From Promethearchaeota archaeon (GTDB taxonomy: Archaea; Asgardarchaeota; Thorarchaeia; Thorarchaeales; Thorarchaeaceae): 64,000 nucleotides of DNA. This document shows, piece after piece, positions 40,454 through 49,513 of the stretch. Position 1 is the stretch's first letter. The number at the start of each line of letters is the position of its first letter. The position numbers and the translations under genes were made by a program. The DNA lies in NCBI GenBank assembly GCA_014728035.1, contig WJMJ01000079.1, positions 32,001 through 96,000 of the forward strand, given 5' to 3'. The notes below the pieces were generated by a model. The model was not told where the DNA came from, ran no database searches, and saw only the letters and a list, made by a program, of their open reading frames with translations.

Positions 40454-41113
40454 ATGCAAACTAGCACAGAACTTACCGCATTTAGTGCCTTGGGTGCGGC
40501 TTTACTAAGTTTGATAGTTGGATTATATCTATTCTATCTTTGGAGAAAACAAAATGTTTCAATGTACACCGACCTTCCTTTTCTATTTGGAATAACCTTC
40601 ATTGCAATGTTTCTGAATATGCTAATTCAATCATTACCTGGTCTTGGTTTGGTTGAGGCTACATTACTACTCTTTAGAATCAGATCACTTGTAATATTTG
40701 GATCTGCCTTCCCATTGCTTGCTGTAATATTGATTATTTGGTTTCCTCAGATACAACATCATCACAATAAGATACTCCTCGTTCTTGCTATTTATTGGGT
40801 TCTCATAACTCTAATTGGTACAAGTGAGTCCTTAATCATGATTCTTCTAGTTCCTATTTTATTGGTATTAATCATTGGGCTCGTTGCTACATTTTTTGTT
40901 ACTTGGCGAACTAATCGCTTGAAAGAAGTTAGAAGTGAACTAATGATGATGTCATTAATTCTTTCTATTATATCGCAAGTTGGTGGTGTTTCATTACGTG
41001 CGATGGAATTGGGTTGGATAGCGAACCTCGTTAATGCAATTGCTACGATTCTGGCGGCTTTAGCTTTTGCAAATCCTTGGTATCGAAGAAAAAGTCATAC
41101 AGACCAAACCTGA
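40454..41113 (+). CDS. hypothetical 7-TM membrane protein
   Basis: ~7 hydrophobic helices; coupled to the CPBP gene. Confidence 0.7.
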   Translation: MQTSTELTAFSALGAALLSLIVGLYLFYLWRKQNVSMYTDLPFLFGITFIAMFLNMLIQSLPGLGLVEATLLLFRIRSLVIFGSAFPLLAVILIIWFPQIQHHHNKILLVLAIYWVLITLIGTSESLIMILLVPILLVLIIGLVATFFVTWRTNRLKEVRSELMMMSLILSIISQVGGVSLRAMELGWIANLVNAIATILAALAFANPWYRRKSHTDQT

Positions 41114-41124
41114 TTGTTGACAAT

Positions 41125-41176
41125 GAAAGTGGAGAGCGATGGCAGTTCAATACTACCATAGCTGTCCTTCACTTTC
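41125..41176. terminator. long imperfect hairpin between convergent genes
   Basis: GAAAGTG...CACTTTC outer stem; ATGGCAGT/ACTACCAT inner stem. Confidence 0.45.
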
Positions 41177-42729
41177 TATCCATAAATTGTACAGCTTTCT
41201 AAAATTTTTCTATCCGTTGTTAGTGGTATTGGTTTTGCTTGAATGTGACTTGATTTGACTATATCTTCGAAGTGGGATTTTACCATTCTAACCAAACTTG
41301 TAGGACCAAGGGCACCTGTTTCTCTGACTACACGGAACTCTTCGTTTGTTTGTTTTAAGTGGTCTTCAAATGCAAAAACAAACTCTGTGATATCCACTTC
41401 GGAATTTCTGAACATTGCTGCAATTGTGTACTGTGGAAGTCCATTATTAACAACACCGACAACACTGTAATCCATTAGCTCCGCACTAGTTCTAGAGCAT
41501 GCATATGTTATTGCATTTGAAACATGTGCTTCGGATAATTTCTCACCTGAAAGGTTGACTACCCTGCCTTTTCTCCCAACAGAGCGAATAGTATATGGTT
41601 GAGTATCAGTGATTGTCAACATGTCCCCATTTCGGTATCTATAGTATCCCCCAATTGTAGTCAAGACAATCTCATATCTGAAGCCCTTCTTAACCTCTGA
41701 AAGAGGAATTACTTTTGGATTTGGTTTCTCACATTCCTTTTCTGGAATGAATTCAAAATATGTTAGATGGGGGATTAGTTGCATTCCTTTTTTATCTGGA
41801 TACATCTGACCAGCAAAACATCCTTCTGACCCTCCATATACTTCCCAAATCATGGTGTCCGGTAATGTTTTGCTAATCCATTCTCGATATGGATCTGTAT
41901 CTATACCCATGGCATAGAAAAGTTTCAAATCTGGCCAGAGTTCAGCAACATCTAATTTTCCATCACTATACATGGCTCTTCTAATTTTCGACTCGTGTTT
42001 CGTTCCCTTTAGCTCTTCAAGCAACCAAGGACCATAGAGTTCTTGCATTCTTCTCATGAGCGCAAGAGATAAAGTAGTAATACCTTGCAAAGCAGTTATC
42101 TTCTCAGTTGCTGCTATTTTAGCATACGCTCTCATTTTGTCATCCATATCTGTTATATTGAATATCTCTTCACCTGGCTTCATCAATCTTTGAAAGATTT
42201 TGTTCTGTCTTCGTCCTAAGACACCAGTTGCATAACCAACAGGGATTCCGTTGATAGTATCTAATTCTGCTGGCGCTCCAAAAATGAGCATGGTGCCATC
42301 AAGAATCTTGGGATGCTCATTATCGGCCATCATAAATGCCATCAATGTATTCATTGAACCTTTTGATGTGTCCTTACTTCCTGATGCTGTAACTGGTAAA
42401 TGCTTTGGCTTACCAGTGGTTCCAGAAGTTTGGAGATATGCAAATGGACTCTCCATAGTCAATGCTTGACAATCTGGGTCATCATATATCCTTTGTAAAT
42501 ATGGTAACCGTGATTGATGTGTAGAAAGTGGAACTCTTTCCATCCATTCGTCAATATTACATATTGATTGAAAATCATATTCCATACCAAATTGGGTATT
42601 TTTCTGACTTTCAATTATTTCAAATAATTTTTTTTCAGAGTGTTCGATTGGAGCACTTAGAATCCTTTCCATTTCTTTGAATTTCTTTCGTGCTAATACC
42701 GACACCAGACGCCTCATAATCGACATCAT
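41176..42729 (-). CDS. GH3 family acyl-acid amido synthetase-like protein
   Basis: T.FG..Y.F, TSGTTG.PK, YGGSEG, FEFIP, GYYRYRNGD, GEKL; ATG 42729 after GGAGG. Confidence 0.9.
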   Translation of the reverse strand: MMSIMRRLVSVLARKKFKEMERILSAPIEHSEKKLFEIIESQKNTQFGMEYDFQSICNIDEWMERVPLSTHQSRLPYLQRIYDDPDCQALTMESPFAYLQTSGTTGKPKHLPVTASGSKDTSKGSMNTLMAFMMADNEHPKILDGTMLIFGAPAELDTINGIPVGYATGVLGRRQNKIFQRLMKPGEEIFNITDMDDKMRAYAKIAATEKITALQGITTLSLALMRRMQELYGPWLLEELKGTKHESKIRRAMYSDGKLDVAELWPDLKLFYAMGIDTDPYREWISKTLPDTMIWEVYGGSEGCFAGQMYPDKKGMQLIPHLTYFEFIPEKECEKPNPKVIPLSEVKKGFRYEIVLTTIGGYYRYRNGDMLTITDTQPYTIRSVGRKGRVVNLSGEKLSEAHVSNAITYACSRTSAELMDYSVVGVVNNGLPQYTIAAMFRNSEVDITEFVFAFEDHLKQTNEEFRVVRETGALGPTSLVRMVKSHFEDIVKSSHIQAKPIPLTTDRKILESCTIYG

Positions 42730-42779
42730 ATTATCCTCCGTACTTTCGAGAGAGAGTACTATTTTATATGGCGCCATAC

Positions 42780-43314
42780 ATTGAGTATATTACTTGCCTT
42801 TTGAATGAAGAAGTTTTAATATGCCTTAATGTATATTTTATAGAACTAATAGTTTTCCACGACAGCTTATATACGATTATATCAATTTATTACGAAAATT
42901 GGGCACTCATAATTTCATAATGTTGGTTACATTGCTAAATCATATACGGTTTTTCGTCAATTTTAGTCCAATTTTTTAAAAACAGTAATTCCCTAATTTG
43001 GATTTTCACTGATTATATTTTCAAATACGTGCTCTCAAACTACATAATTTGTTTATTGTAAATTGAAAATCAGATCGAAGCTTTTCATGGTTTCTTACAT
43101 TTCTTATGAAAAAGGTGCAATGAAATGGCAATGGCTATGATTAAAACGGACTAATAGCATAAATTAACGCCATTTAATTCTTTTTGAAGTCCATTTTACT
43201 GTTGTGGAGTTTTATGGAATCTATTTTGTAGATTTTGAGTGATTAAAACGTCGATAAAGCCATCACCCAAAATTGAAGATTTAATGAAACTAGTATTTTC
43301 ATGACGGTGAACAA
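42780..43314. promoter_or_regulatory. long AT-rich divergent regulatory region upstream of the 15-gene operon
   Basis: 535 bp without a credible ORF; direct repeat TGATTAAAACG x2; palindrome ATGAAA-N7-TTTCAT. Confidence 0.5.
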
Positions 43315-44070
43315 ATGATTGCAAAACTCGAAAGTCAGTTAACCCATATTTGCAATGATTCGGGTTACAGCTCGAAGATGATTGATGTAACATCAACACT
43401 TCAAATGATTTTCAATAATTCTGATAGGAGCATCATAAAGGCTCGCTTAAGATACGAAGGTCCTGATAATGACAGCTGGATTGTTGTTATTCTTGGATTG
43501 AGAAGCAGTATCCTTGAACCTTTCAACAAATTTACTCGGATCTCAAAAAATCAGTATCTTCCTTGTGATATATTTGGACTTGTTCCGTGTATTGCTCAAC
43601 TTGTGAGATTTGAATCATCAGGTCCATCTTTGAGTGCTGTTGCAAAAGATGATGTTACTAGAATCGTCTTGGTTTTTGAAGGCGACTCAAGTGCACGTTC
43701 TGGATGTATTAACTCCTTAGCAACTCGATTGTGGCGCTTTATGAAGCGCTGGGATGAGTGGACAAGTGTGCTGATGAATATTTTGGAAAAAGACCAGTAC
43801 ATTGGTGATTGGGATATCAATTGGCGAGAGCTTCTAGCAGGAGAATCGGGTTTTGTTACAATGCCATGGTTCTCACCACTACATTATGATGACCGTGTTC
43901 TTGCATTATCAAGAATTGTTATTTCATCAAAAGCACTTTTGACATCAGTTCTGAATGAACGACAGATGAGTGACCCTCTGATCAGGGGACTCATTAATTG
44001 GTTGGAAAATCTAGAACCTCTGTCACGTATCGTCAGTGCACCGTCAACTAATGAGGAGGTTGTGGTGTAG
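43315..44070 (+). CDS. hypothetical protein (operon gene 1)
   Basis: 251-aa ORF, GGTGA RBS. Confidence 0.75.
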   Translation: MIAKLESQLTHICNDSGYSSKMIDVTSTLQMIFNNSDRSIIKARLRYEGPDNDSWIVVILGLRSSILEPFNKFTRISKNQYLPCDIFGLVPCIAQLVRFESSGPSLSAVAKDDVTRIVLVFEGDSSARSGCINSLATRLWRFMKRWDEWTSVLMNILEKDQYIGDWDINWRELLAGESGFVTMPWFSPLHYDDRVLALSRIVISSKALLTSVLNERQMSDPLIRGLINWLENLEPLSRIVSAPSTNEEVVV

Positions 44071-44071
44071 T

Positions 44072-44539
44072 TTGTTAGTGAATGATCATTATAACTCATG
44101 TTGGTCTGGTGACATCGAATTACCGGATGTATCTTGGCTATCTGGTGCAAAAGCTGGATTGCAAATATCTGAAGGTAGAAGACCCGATTGGAACTGGGAT
44201 GAGTTTCTTTTAGATCTCGATGCGATGCTTCAGTATTTTAGTGATATTCAATCTGCGTTTCCTGGACAGGCACCATTGTTAGATGATGGTATTGTAGGTT
44301 CAATTCTTACCGCTCTCGGTGGTTATATCAGTGTTACCGGATATCTCCTTGATGATGGGTTATTCTTCAGGGTTTCTAAGAAATATCATGAAGATGTTAG
44401 AATTGCACTCTCAGGATATGATGTCCAACCTTATTGTGATGGGTTGATTATTTCTAAAACGGATCTGGCCAGACTTCAAAATATTTTGCCAATCCAAGGA
44501 CCGCTCTTTGAATTGATATACCAGGAGGTAATGACTTGA
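44072..44539 (+). CDS. hypothetical protein (operon gene 2)
   Basis: GAGGAGGT RBS then TTG/GTG just after the gene 1 stop; ends overlapping the radA start. Confidence 0.7.
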   Translation: MLVNDHYNSCWSGDIELPDVSWLSGAKAGLQISEGRRPDWNWDEFLLDLDAMLQYFSDIQSAFPGQAPLLDDGIVGSILTALGGYISVTGYLLDDGLFFRVSKKYHEDVRIALSGYDVQPYCDGLIISKTDLARLQNILPIQGPLFELIYQEVMT

Positions 44540-45600
44540 CTGATTTAGAAGCAGTAAGTGGTGTTGGTCCTGCAGCTGCAAAGAAATTGCGAGAAGCTTT
44601 TGTCACCACTGCCGAATTGCTAGCAGTTCAAAATCCTATTGAACTTCAAACAAAGACAAAGCTGGGAGAAGGTACTGTTGATAAAATCATCAAGAGTGCT
44701 AGAGAGCTTGTTGGCACTTTTGGGTTCAAGAGTGGTTTGGAAGTGGAACAATCGATGGCTGACCAGCCAAGATTGTCAACTGGTATCTCTAAACTCGATA
44801 AGGAATTATTGGGTGGAATAGAAGCGGGATCTATTGTAGAATTTTTTGGACCGTCACGAGGTGGAAAAACCCAATGGGTTGCACAACTTGCAATCATGGC
44901 TCAGCTTCCAGCTGACAAAGGGGGTCTTGATGGTAGAGTCCTATGGCTTGATAGTGAGTCATCTTTCAAACCTTGGATAATTAGAGCCAACGCTTTACGT
45001 TTTGGAGTTGATCCCGATGTAGCGCTTGGTAATATTGGAAGAGCTCAAATAATTCTTAGCAGTCAGCTTATGGATTTGTTTGACACCATACCTCGACTAT
45101 GCGCTGAGAATGACTACAAACTGGTCATTGTTGACTCTCTCACTGGATTATTTCGTGCTGAGTATACTGGTTTGGATATGCTGAAAGTTCGACAACAGGA
45201 TATGAATGGCATTCTAAATACCATGCGACGAACTGCTTCTGCAACTGAGAGTATTTTTGCTTACACAAATCATGTCATGGCAAAAATTTCCCTTTATGGT
45301 GGTAATCCCAATGCCCCAGTTGGCGGACACATAATATCCCATGCATCCGATTATCGATTCTATACTCGCAGGTCAAAGAAGGATAAGCGTAAATTGGATT
45401 TGCAGGATAATGCGGGAGTACCAGAATTCAGTATGGAATTCACAATTGGATGGGGCGGCTTTTACGAATCAAGCTCTGAAAAGAAAGAAGTTGAACCAGA
45501 GATTAAGGCTTACTTCAAGAAACATGGGTATGCAAAACCAGAATTAATTGAAGAAGACGAAACAGAAGAAGAAGTGGTTACTGCAGGTGATTCAGAATGA
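44536..45600 (+). CDS. radA: RadA/Rad51-family recombinase (divergent full-length paralog)
   Basis: N-terminal HhH (GVGPAAAKKL), FKSG, Walker A GPSRGGKT, LVIVDS, FRAEY, RQQ, GGHIISHAS. Confidence 0.9.
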   Translation: MTDLEAVSGVGPAAAKKLREAFVTTAELLAVQNPIELQTKTKLGEGTVDKIIKSARELVGTFGFKSGLEVEQSMADQPRLSTGISKLDKELLGGIEAGSIVEFFGPSRGGKTQWVAQLAIMAQLPADKGGLDGRVLWLDSESSFKPWIIRANALRFGVDPDVALGNIGRAQIILSSQLMDLFDTIPRLCAENDYKLVIVDSLTGLFRAEYTGLDMLKVRQQDMNGILNTMRRTASATESIFAYTNHVMAKISLYGGNPNAPVGGHIISHASDYRFYTRRSKKDKRKLDLQDNAGVPEFSMEFTIGWGGFYESSSEKKEVEPEIKAYFKKHGYAKPELIEEDETEEEVVTAGDSE

Positions 45601-46040
45601 AAATGGAACGAGGTATGTTTCGGATATATCGTTGTCCTCAATGCAACAACATAGGGTATGCACGAGTTGAATCTGAAGACGATCTTTCTGCATGTAGTCT
45701 TTGCAGAGGAATAATCTTGCATGAACAAGGCACACTCTACGCTCCAACGGTCCAGGAGTCGGTTGGGATAGTGCGAGAATTAGTTATTCTTTCAAAAGAT
45801 GAACGAGAACCTCTTAGGTCACCAAGAGGACGCGGTCTGCGCAAAAGAATTCTCCAAATCGTATCATCACTCACTGAACTCAATCGCGGAAGGCCTGTTA
45901 AACTGAAAGAGATACTCCAAGAGTGTGTCGATGCTGATATCGACCTGGAGCGGGCTTTATCATTTCTTGAAGTTCTTGAACAAGAAGGGATTCTCGATAA
46001 GCTCGATTCCAAAGTTATTCTGAAACGTGAGGTAATATAA
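45597..46040 (+). CDS. Zn-ribbon + winged-helix protein (MCM C-terminal WH-like)
   Basis: CPQC...CSLC, then ILQIV...PV.L.EIL......I..E.A...L..L..EG. Confidence 0.7.
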   Translation: MKMERGMFRIYRCPQCNNIGYARVESEDDLSACSLCRGIILHEQGTLYAPTVQESVGIVRELVILSKDEREPLRSPRGRGLRKRILQIVSSLTELNRGRPVKLKEILQECVDADIDLERALSFLEVLEQEGILDKLDSKVILKREVI

Positions 46041-46041
46041 A

Positions 46042-46677
46042 ATGGCAGAATCCAGCTCAAAGACAAAGTCAGATGTTATTTGGGTCCCGAGAACACCAAA
46101 GACAGTAAAACGTAGTTCTATGATAAATCTAGTTAATCTGCTCCTTAGAGAAACTACGCATAGAATCACTATTCTTGAAAAAACCGAAGAACCAGACCCA
46201 GAGTTATTTGTAGTAACTAGAATAGAGTGGAGAGATGCAGATATTCGAAAACCACTACTTCCACAATTACCACGATTGCTCTCGCTATTAGAAACCCTCA
46301 GAGGCACACGAGGTGTTCCTACAGAGATATATTTGGATAGTACTGATGGTATTGCGGTATATCTACCAACAAACGTAAGAATCTCTACTTTGCCCGAAAA
46401 ACCCAAAGAATGTGTTCACTATTTGATGGATCTAGTGGAAACTCAAATTGAACATACTTTTTCAACAATGAGAGAAGTGGAAAAATACTTCTGGATGAAT
46501 GCTAGGAAGAAGGGATTTAGCCCAGACATTGTTGCTAAAATTGACAAAAAAGAGAAATATTTTGATTCTTCAGAGCATGTATTTAGATTTCAATATCTTA
46601 TGCAGAGATATTTCTCAATAAGATTCAGAATTCATTCAAGTGAATCTTGTCTTCGTGTGGAGGCTGGTGGGTGTTAG
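46042..46677 (+). CDS. hypothetical protein (operon gene 5)
   Basis: 211-aa ORF with GAGGT RBS. Confidence 0.75.
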   Translation: MAESSSKTKSDVIWVPRTPKTVKRSSMINLVNLLLRETTHRITILEKTEEPDPELFVVTRIEWRDADIRKPLLPQLPRLLSLLETLRGTRGVPTEIYLDSTDGIAVYLPTNVRISTLPEKPKECVHYLMDLVETQIEHTFSTMREVEKYFWMNARKKGFSPDIVAKIDKKEKYFDSSEHVFRFQYLMQRYFSIRFRIHSSESCLRVEAGGC

Positions 46678-48641
46678 TAGATAAAGCTGACCCCCTTCTA
46701 TGGTTCCCTTATGAGCCAAGACCACATCAGGACAAGGCTGTGAAATTAGCTGCTGAAGTATATCGTTCAGGAACTGTTGGATTGCTGTCTGCGGATTGTG
46801 GTGTTGGTAAAACAATAGCAGTTCTATCTGGATATTTAGCTGCAAGGTCAGAGGATTCTACATCAAGATTATTCGCATTAACACGAACACATTCTCAATC
46901 AAAAGTCTTTGAAGAAGAGCTTGAGATTCTAAGAGAGCAATCACTGACCATTACAGCCACATCCATGGTATCAAGAATTCATGTATGTCCCATTAAAGCT
47001 AAGATGTCAACAAGCACTTCTAAGGGATTCACAAAAGCATGTGCAAGTATGGTTAGAATTGGCAGATGTAGTCATTATTGGAATATGTACAAAAAACAAA
47101 AAAACGAAGGAAAACTAACAATTCGGGAAAATATTCGTGTTCTTTTAGAAGAGCTTCTAGATACTGGTGTTGTAAGCCGGGAACGAGCTGAAGACTTTGC
47201 CCAACTACATTCTCTATGTCCATATGAGGTATTACGATGGTGTGCTCGAAATAGTCGTGTTATCATTGGTCCTTACAGCTATGTATTTCGTTCACGCGTT
47301 CGTGACGCATTACTTTCTTCTATGGGTGTTCAACTTCACGAAATAGATTTGTTAGTAGATGAAGCTCATAATCTGCCATCTCATGTTCTTGACTCTGAAA
47401 CTGCGCGGTTAAGTGGAGAAGATTTGAAGTATCTGAAGGAACATAGCAAAGAACTCACCAAAGAAACTGGAGTAAAGTGGATTAGTGAGGTTATTGATTT
47501 TCTTTGGGAAACTCTCATGGTTAACTTGGATTCTTTAGGTAATCGAAGAGAAAAGAGATTGAACAAATGGGATGTCATGCCCAGATTCATTGATCAAGAA
47601 AATCTATTTCTTCTAGTTCAATCTCATGACTTGACGATAGGAGATCCTGAAAATGCCTTACATGCAGAGAATCCATTTGATAGACTTGTTGATTTTCTCC
47701 TAATTGGTAGTAAAGCAATTGAAAGTGAAGATTGGCACGTGTCACTTAATCTCTCGAAGAATTGGCAAAATGAAAGGTCACCGTTGCATACTAATTTAGC
47801 TATACGCCCATTAAACGCAGCTGGATTGACCGCTCCCATACTTCGGGGAGCAAGATCTGCATTATTAATGAGTGGAACACTACGCCCTCTGGATCACTAC
47901 TCCCGTCTACTTGGAGTTTCGACTGCTTTGAAAGAAGACCTTGAAAGTCCATACCCCAAAGGAAGTAGATTGGTCCTTATCGATAAGAAACTATCAACAA
48001 AATATAAGAAAAGGAATTCCACACTTTGGCGGAAATTGGCTGAAAGAATTAATACCGTGCTTCAGACCATGCCCGCAAATAAGAGTGCTATGATAGCTTT
48101 TCCAAGCTATAATATGATGCATGAGATTTTGAGTTATTCTATAGACACTGGTTTCCGTGGGAAAATAATTGAAAACCGAGGAGCAAGACTTGAATTTGTT
48201 ATTGAGGCTATTGAAGATTCTCCTCAAGCTGTCTTTTGTGTATACGGTGGAAAGTTTAGCGAAGGTATTGATATTGTTAAAGATGGTTCAAGTCTAATTG
48301 ATTTGATAATTGGTGTTGGAATTCCTTTTAGTCCACCAACAAGCTATCATCAAGCTATTCAAGACTGGTATAACCGAAAATTCGGTGATGGTGCTGGATA
48401 TTATTATTCTTCTGTGGTACCTTCACTAAGACAGGTTGCCCAACTTATTGGTCGTTTAAGGAGGTCTCCTTCAGACTGGGGAGTTGTCACTCTCTTAGAT
48501 AATCGATTTTTGAGGTATTTGAGCATCCTTGGAGATGGTATTGTATCTGATATTTGGCCATATGATGAAGTTAACGAGATTCGTTCTGCTATAGACGCAT
48601 TTGTTGAAATGAGAGTAGGTGATTGTTGTGAGAATAGCTAA
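46671..48641 (+). CDS. XPD/Rad3/DinG-family Fe-S 5'-3' helicase
   Basis: FPYEPRPHQ, GVGKT, RTHSQ, four Fe-S Cys (VCP, KAC, RCS, LCPY), DEAHN, SGT, FPSY, GKFSEGID, QLIGRLRR. Confidence 0.93.
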   Translation: MLVDKADPLLWFPYEPRPHQDKAVKLAAEVYRSGTVGLLSADCGVGKTIAVLSGYLAARSEDSTSRLFALTRTHSQSKVFEEELEILREQSLTITATSMVSRIHVCPIKAKMSTSTSKGFTKACASMVRIGRCSHYWNMYKKQKNEGKLTIRENIRVLLEELLDTGVVSRERAEDFAQLHSLCPYEVLRWCARNSRVIIGPYSYVFRSRVRDALLSSMGVQLHEIDLLVDEAHNLPSHVLDSETARLSGEDLKYLKEHSKELTKETGVKWISEVIDFLWETLMVNLDSLGNRREKRLNKWDVMPRFIDQENLFLLVQSHDLTIGDPENALHAENPFDRLVDFLLIGSKAIESEDWHVSLNLSKNWQNERSPLHTNLAIRPLNAAGLTAPILRGARSALLMSGTLRPLDHYSRLLGVSTALKEDLESPYPKGSRLVLIDKKLSTKYKKRNSTLWRKLAERINTVLQTMPANKSAMIAFPSYNMMHEILSYSIDTGFRGKIIENRGARLEFVIEAIEDSPQAVFCVYGGKFSEGIDIVKDGSSLIDLIIGVGIPFSPPTSYHQAIQDWYNRKFGDGAGYYYSSVVPSLRQVAQLIGRLRRSPSDWGVVTLLDNRFLRYLSILGDGIVSDIWPYDEVNEIRSAIDAFVEMRVGDCCENS

Positions 48642-49221
48642 AGAGAATACATATCTACTGACATTCATCGGAGCTATCCTAGTTGGTTTTACTATTAGGA
48701 TGATTTTCTATGAATCGCCATTTGAAATTATTATTAGTATTCTAGGTATCTGTATAATGATTGGTTTCATTGTGCTTCTATGGACCCGTTCGAACCCACA
48801 AGTATTATGGAATAAAACTTACAAATGCTTGGCTATTAATCGTAAATTTAGTGTGTCGGTCTTTGCTGGATGTACATTGGATAGTGTACCTCTTGGAATT
48901 GATCTCAGTCACTCTGCAAAAAAGGTGCTACGTGCACTTTCAACAAGATTGAATGATGACAGTGAATTTGAGGTTAGTTTCTTTGTGACTCGACCAAATA
49001 ACTCCTCCAGTACCCGTGTAGGTTTATTTGTTTCACGTAAAACCATGCGTTTACTTGATGGGGTTTCTCGTTCTGATTCTCTTCTAGAACAAATCAATCA
49101 AGATGTGATGACATTGCAGTCTGCTTTGAAGACTGCTTATCCTCATACTCCAATATCTAGGGCTAGCGCTGAAGATTTGATACTTGCAACAAATGGAGGT
49201 GTACTTTCTCATGAAGTCTAA
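48628..49221 (+). CDS. membrane protein, 2 N-terminal TMs + cytoplasmic domain
   Basis: Hydrophobic hairpin at the N-terminus; overlapping start with GGTGA RBS. Confidence 0.7.
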   Translation: MRIAKENTYLLTFIGAILVGFTIRMIFYESPFEIIISILGICIMIGFIVLLWTRSNPQVLWNKTYKCLAINRKFSVSVFAGCTLDSVPLGIDLSHSAKKVLRALSTRLNDDSEFEVSFFVTRPNNSSSTRVGLFVSRKTMRLLDGVSRSDSLLEQINQDVMTLQSALKTAYPHTPISRASAEDLILATNGGVLSHEV

Positions 49222-49513
49222 GATTAGAACTTCTATACAAATTTCTAGAGAAGTATCGCCTAATGAATTAATGGAATTCTTGAGAGTCGGACATGGGTAT
49301 GAGTGGACAATTCTTCTCCAACATCCAAGATTGCTCGCTCATGGAAAACCACCATCAACAAGATTACCTGAGTTATTGATAACCGGATGGGATACTATGA
49401 TTGTATCTGGAGGTCTCAAAGAGTATCCTGATAGAATCAGAAATATGATTGAAGTGCTTCGCAGAAGGTCTCAACGGAGCTATTCATCAACTGGAGGGAT
49501 AATTCATGGGTAG
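49211..49513 (+). CDS. small hypothetical protein
   Basis: GGAGGT RBS, ATG 49211, overlaps both neighbours. Confidence 0.7.
   Translation: MKSKIRTSIQISREVSPNELMEFLRVGHGYEWTILLQHPRLLAHGKPPSTRLPELLITGWDTMIVSGGLKEYPDRIRNMIEVLRRRSQRSYSSTGGIIHG

Noticed and set aside
41125-41176. SECIS element
   Set aside because: Neither neighbouring gene has an in-frame TGA to recode, and SECIS core motifs are not evident
42780-43314. Replication origin
   Set aside because: AT-rich, but no recognisable ORB/G-string repeats and no adjacent orc1/cdc6
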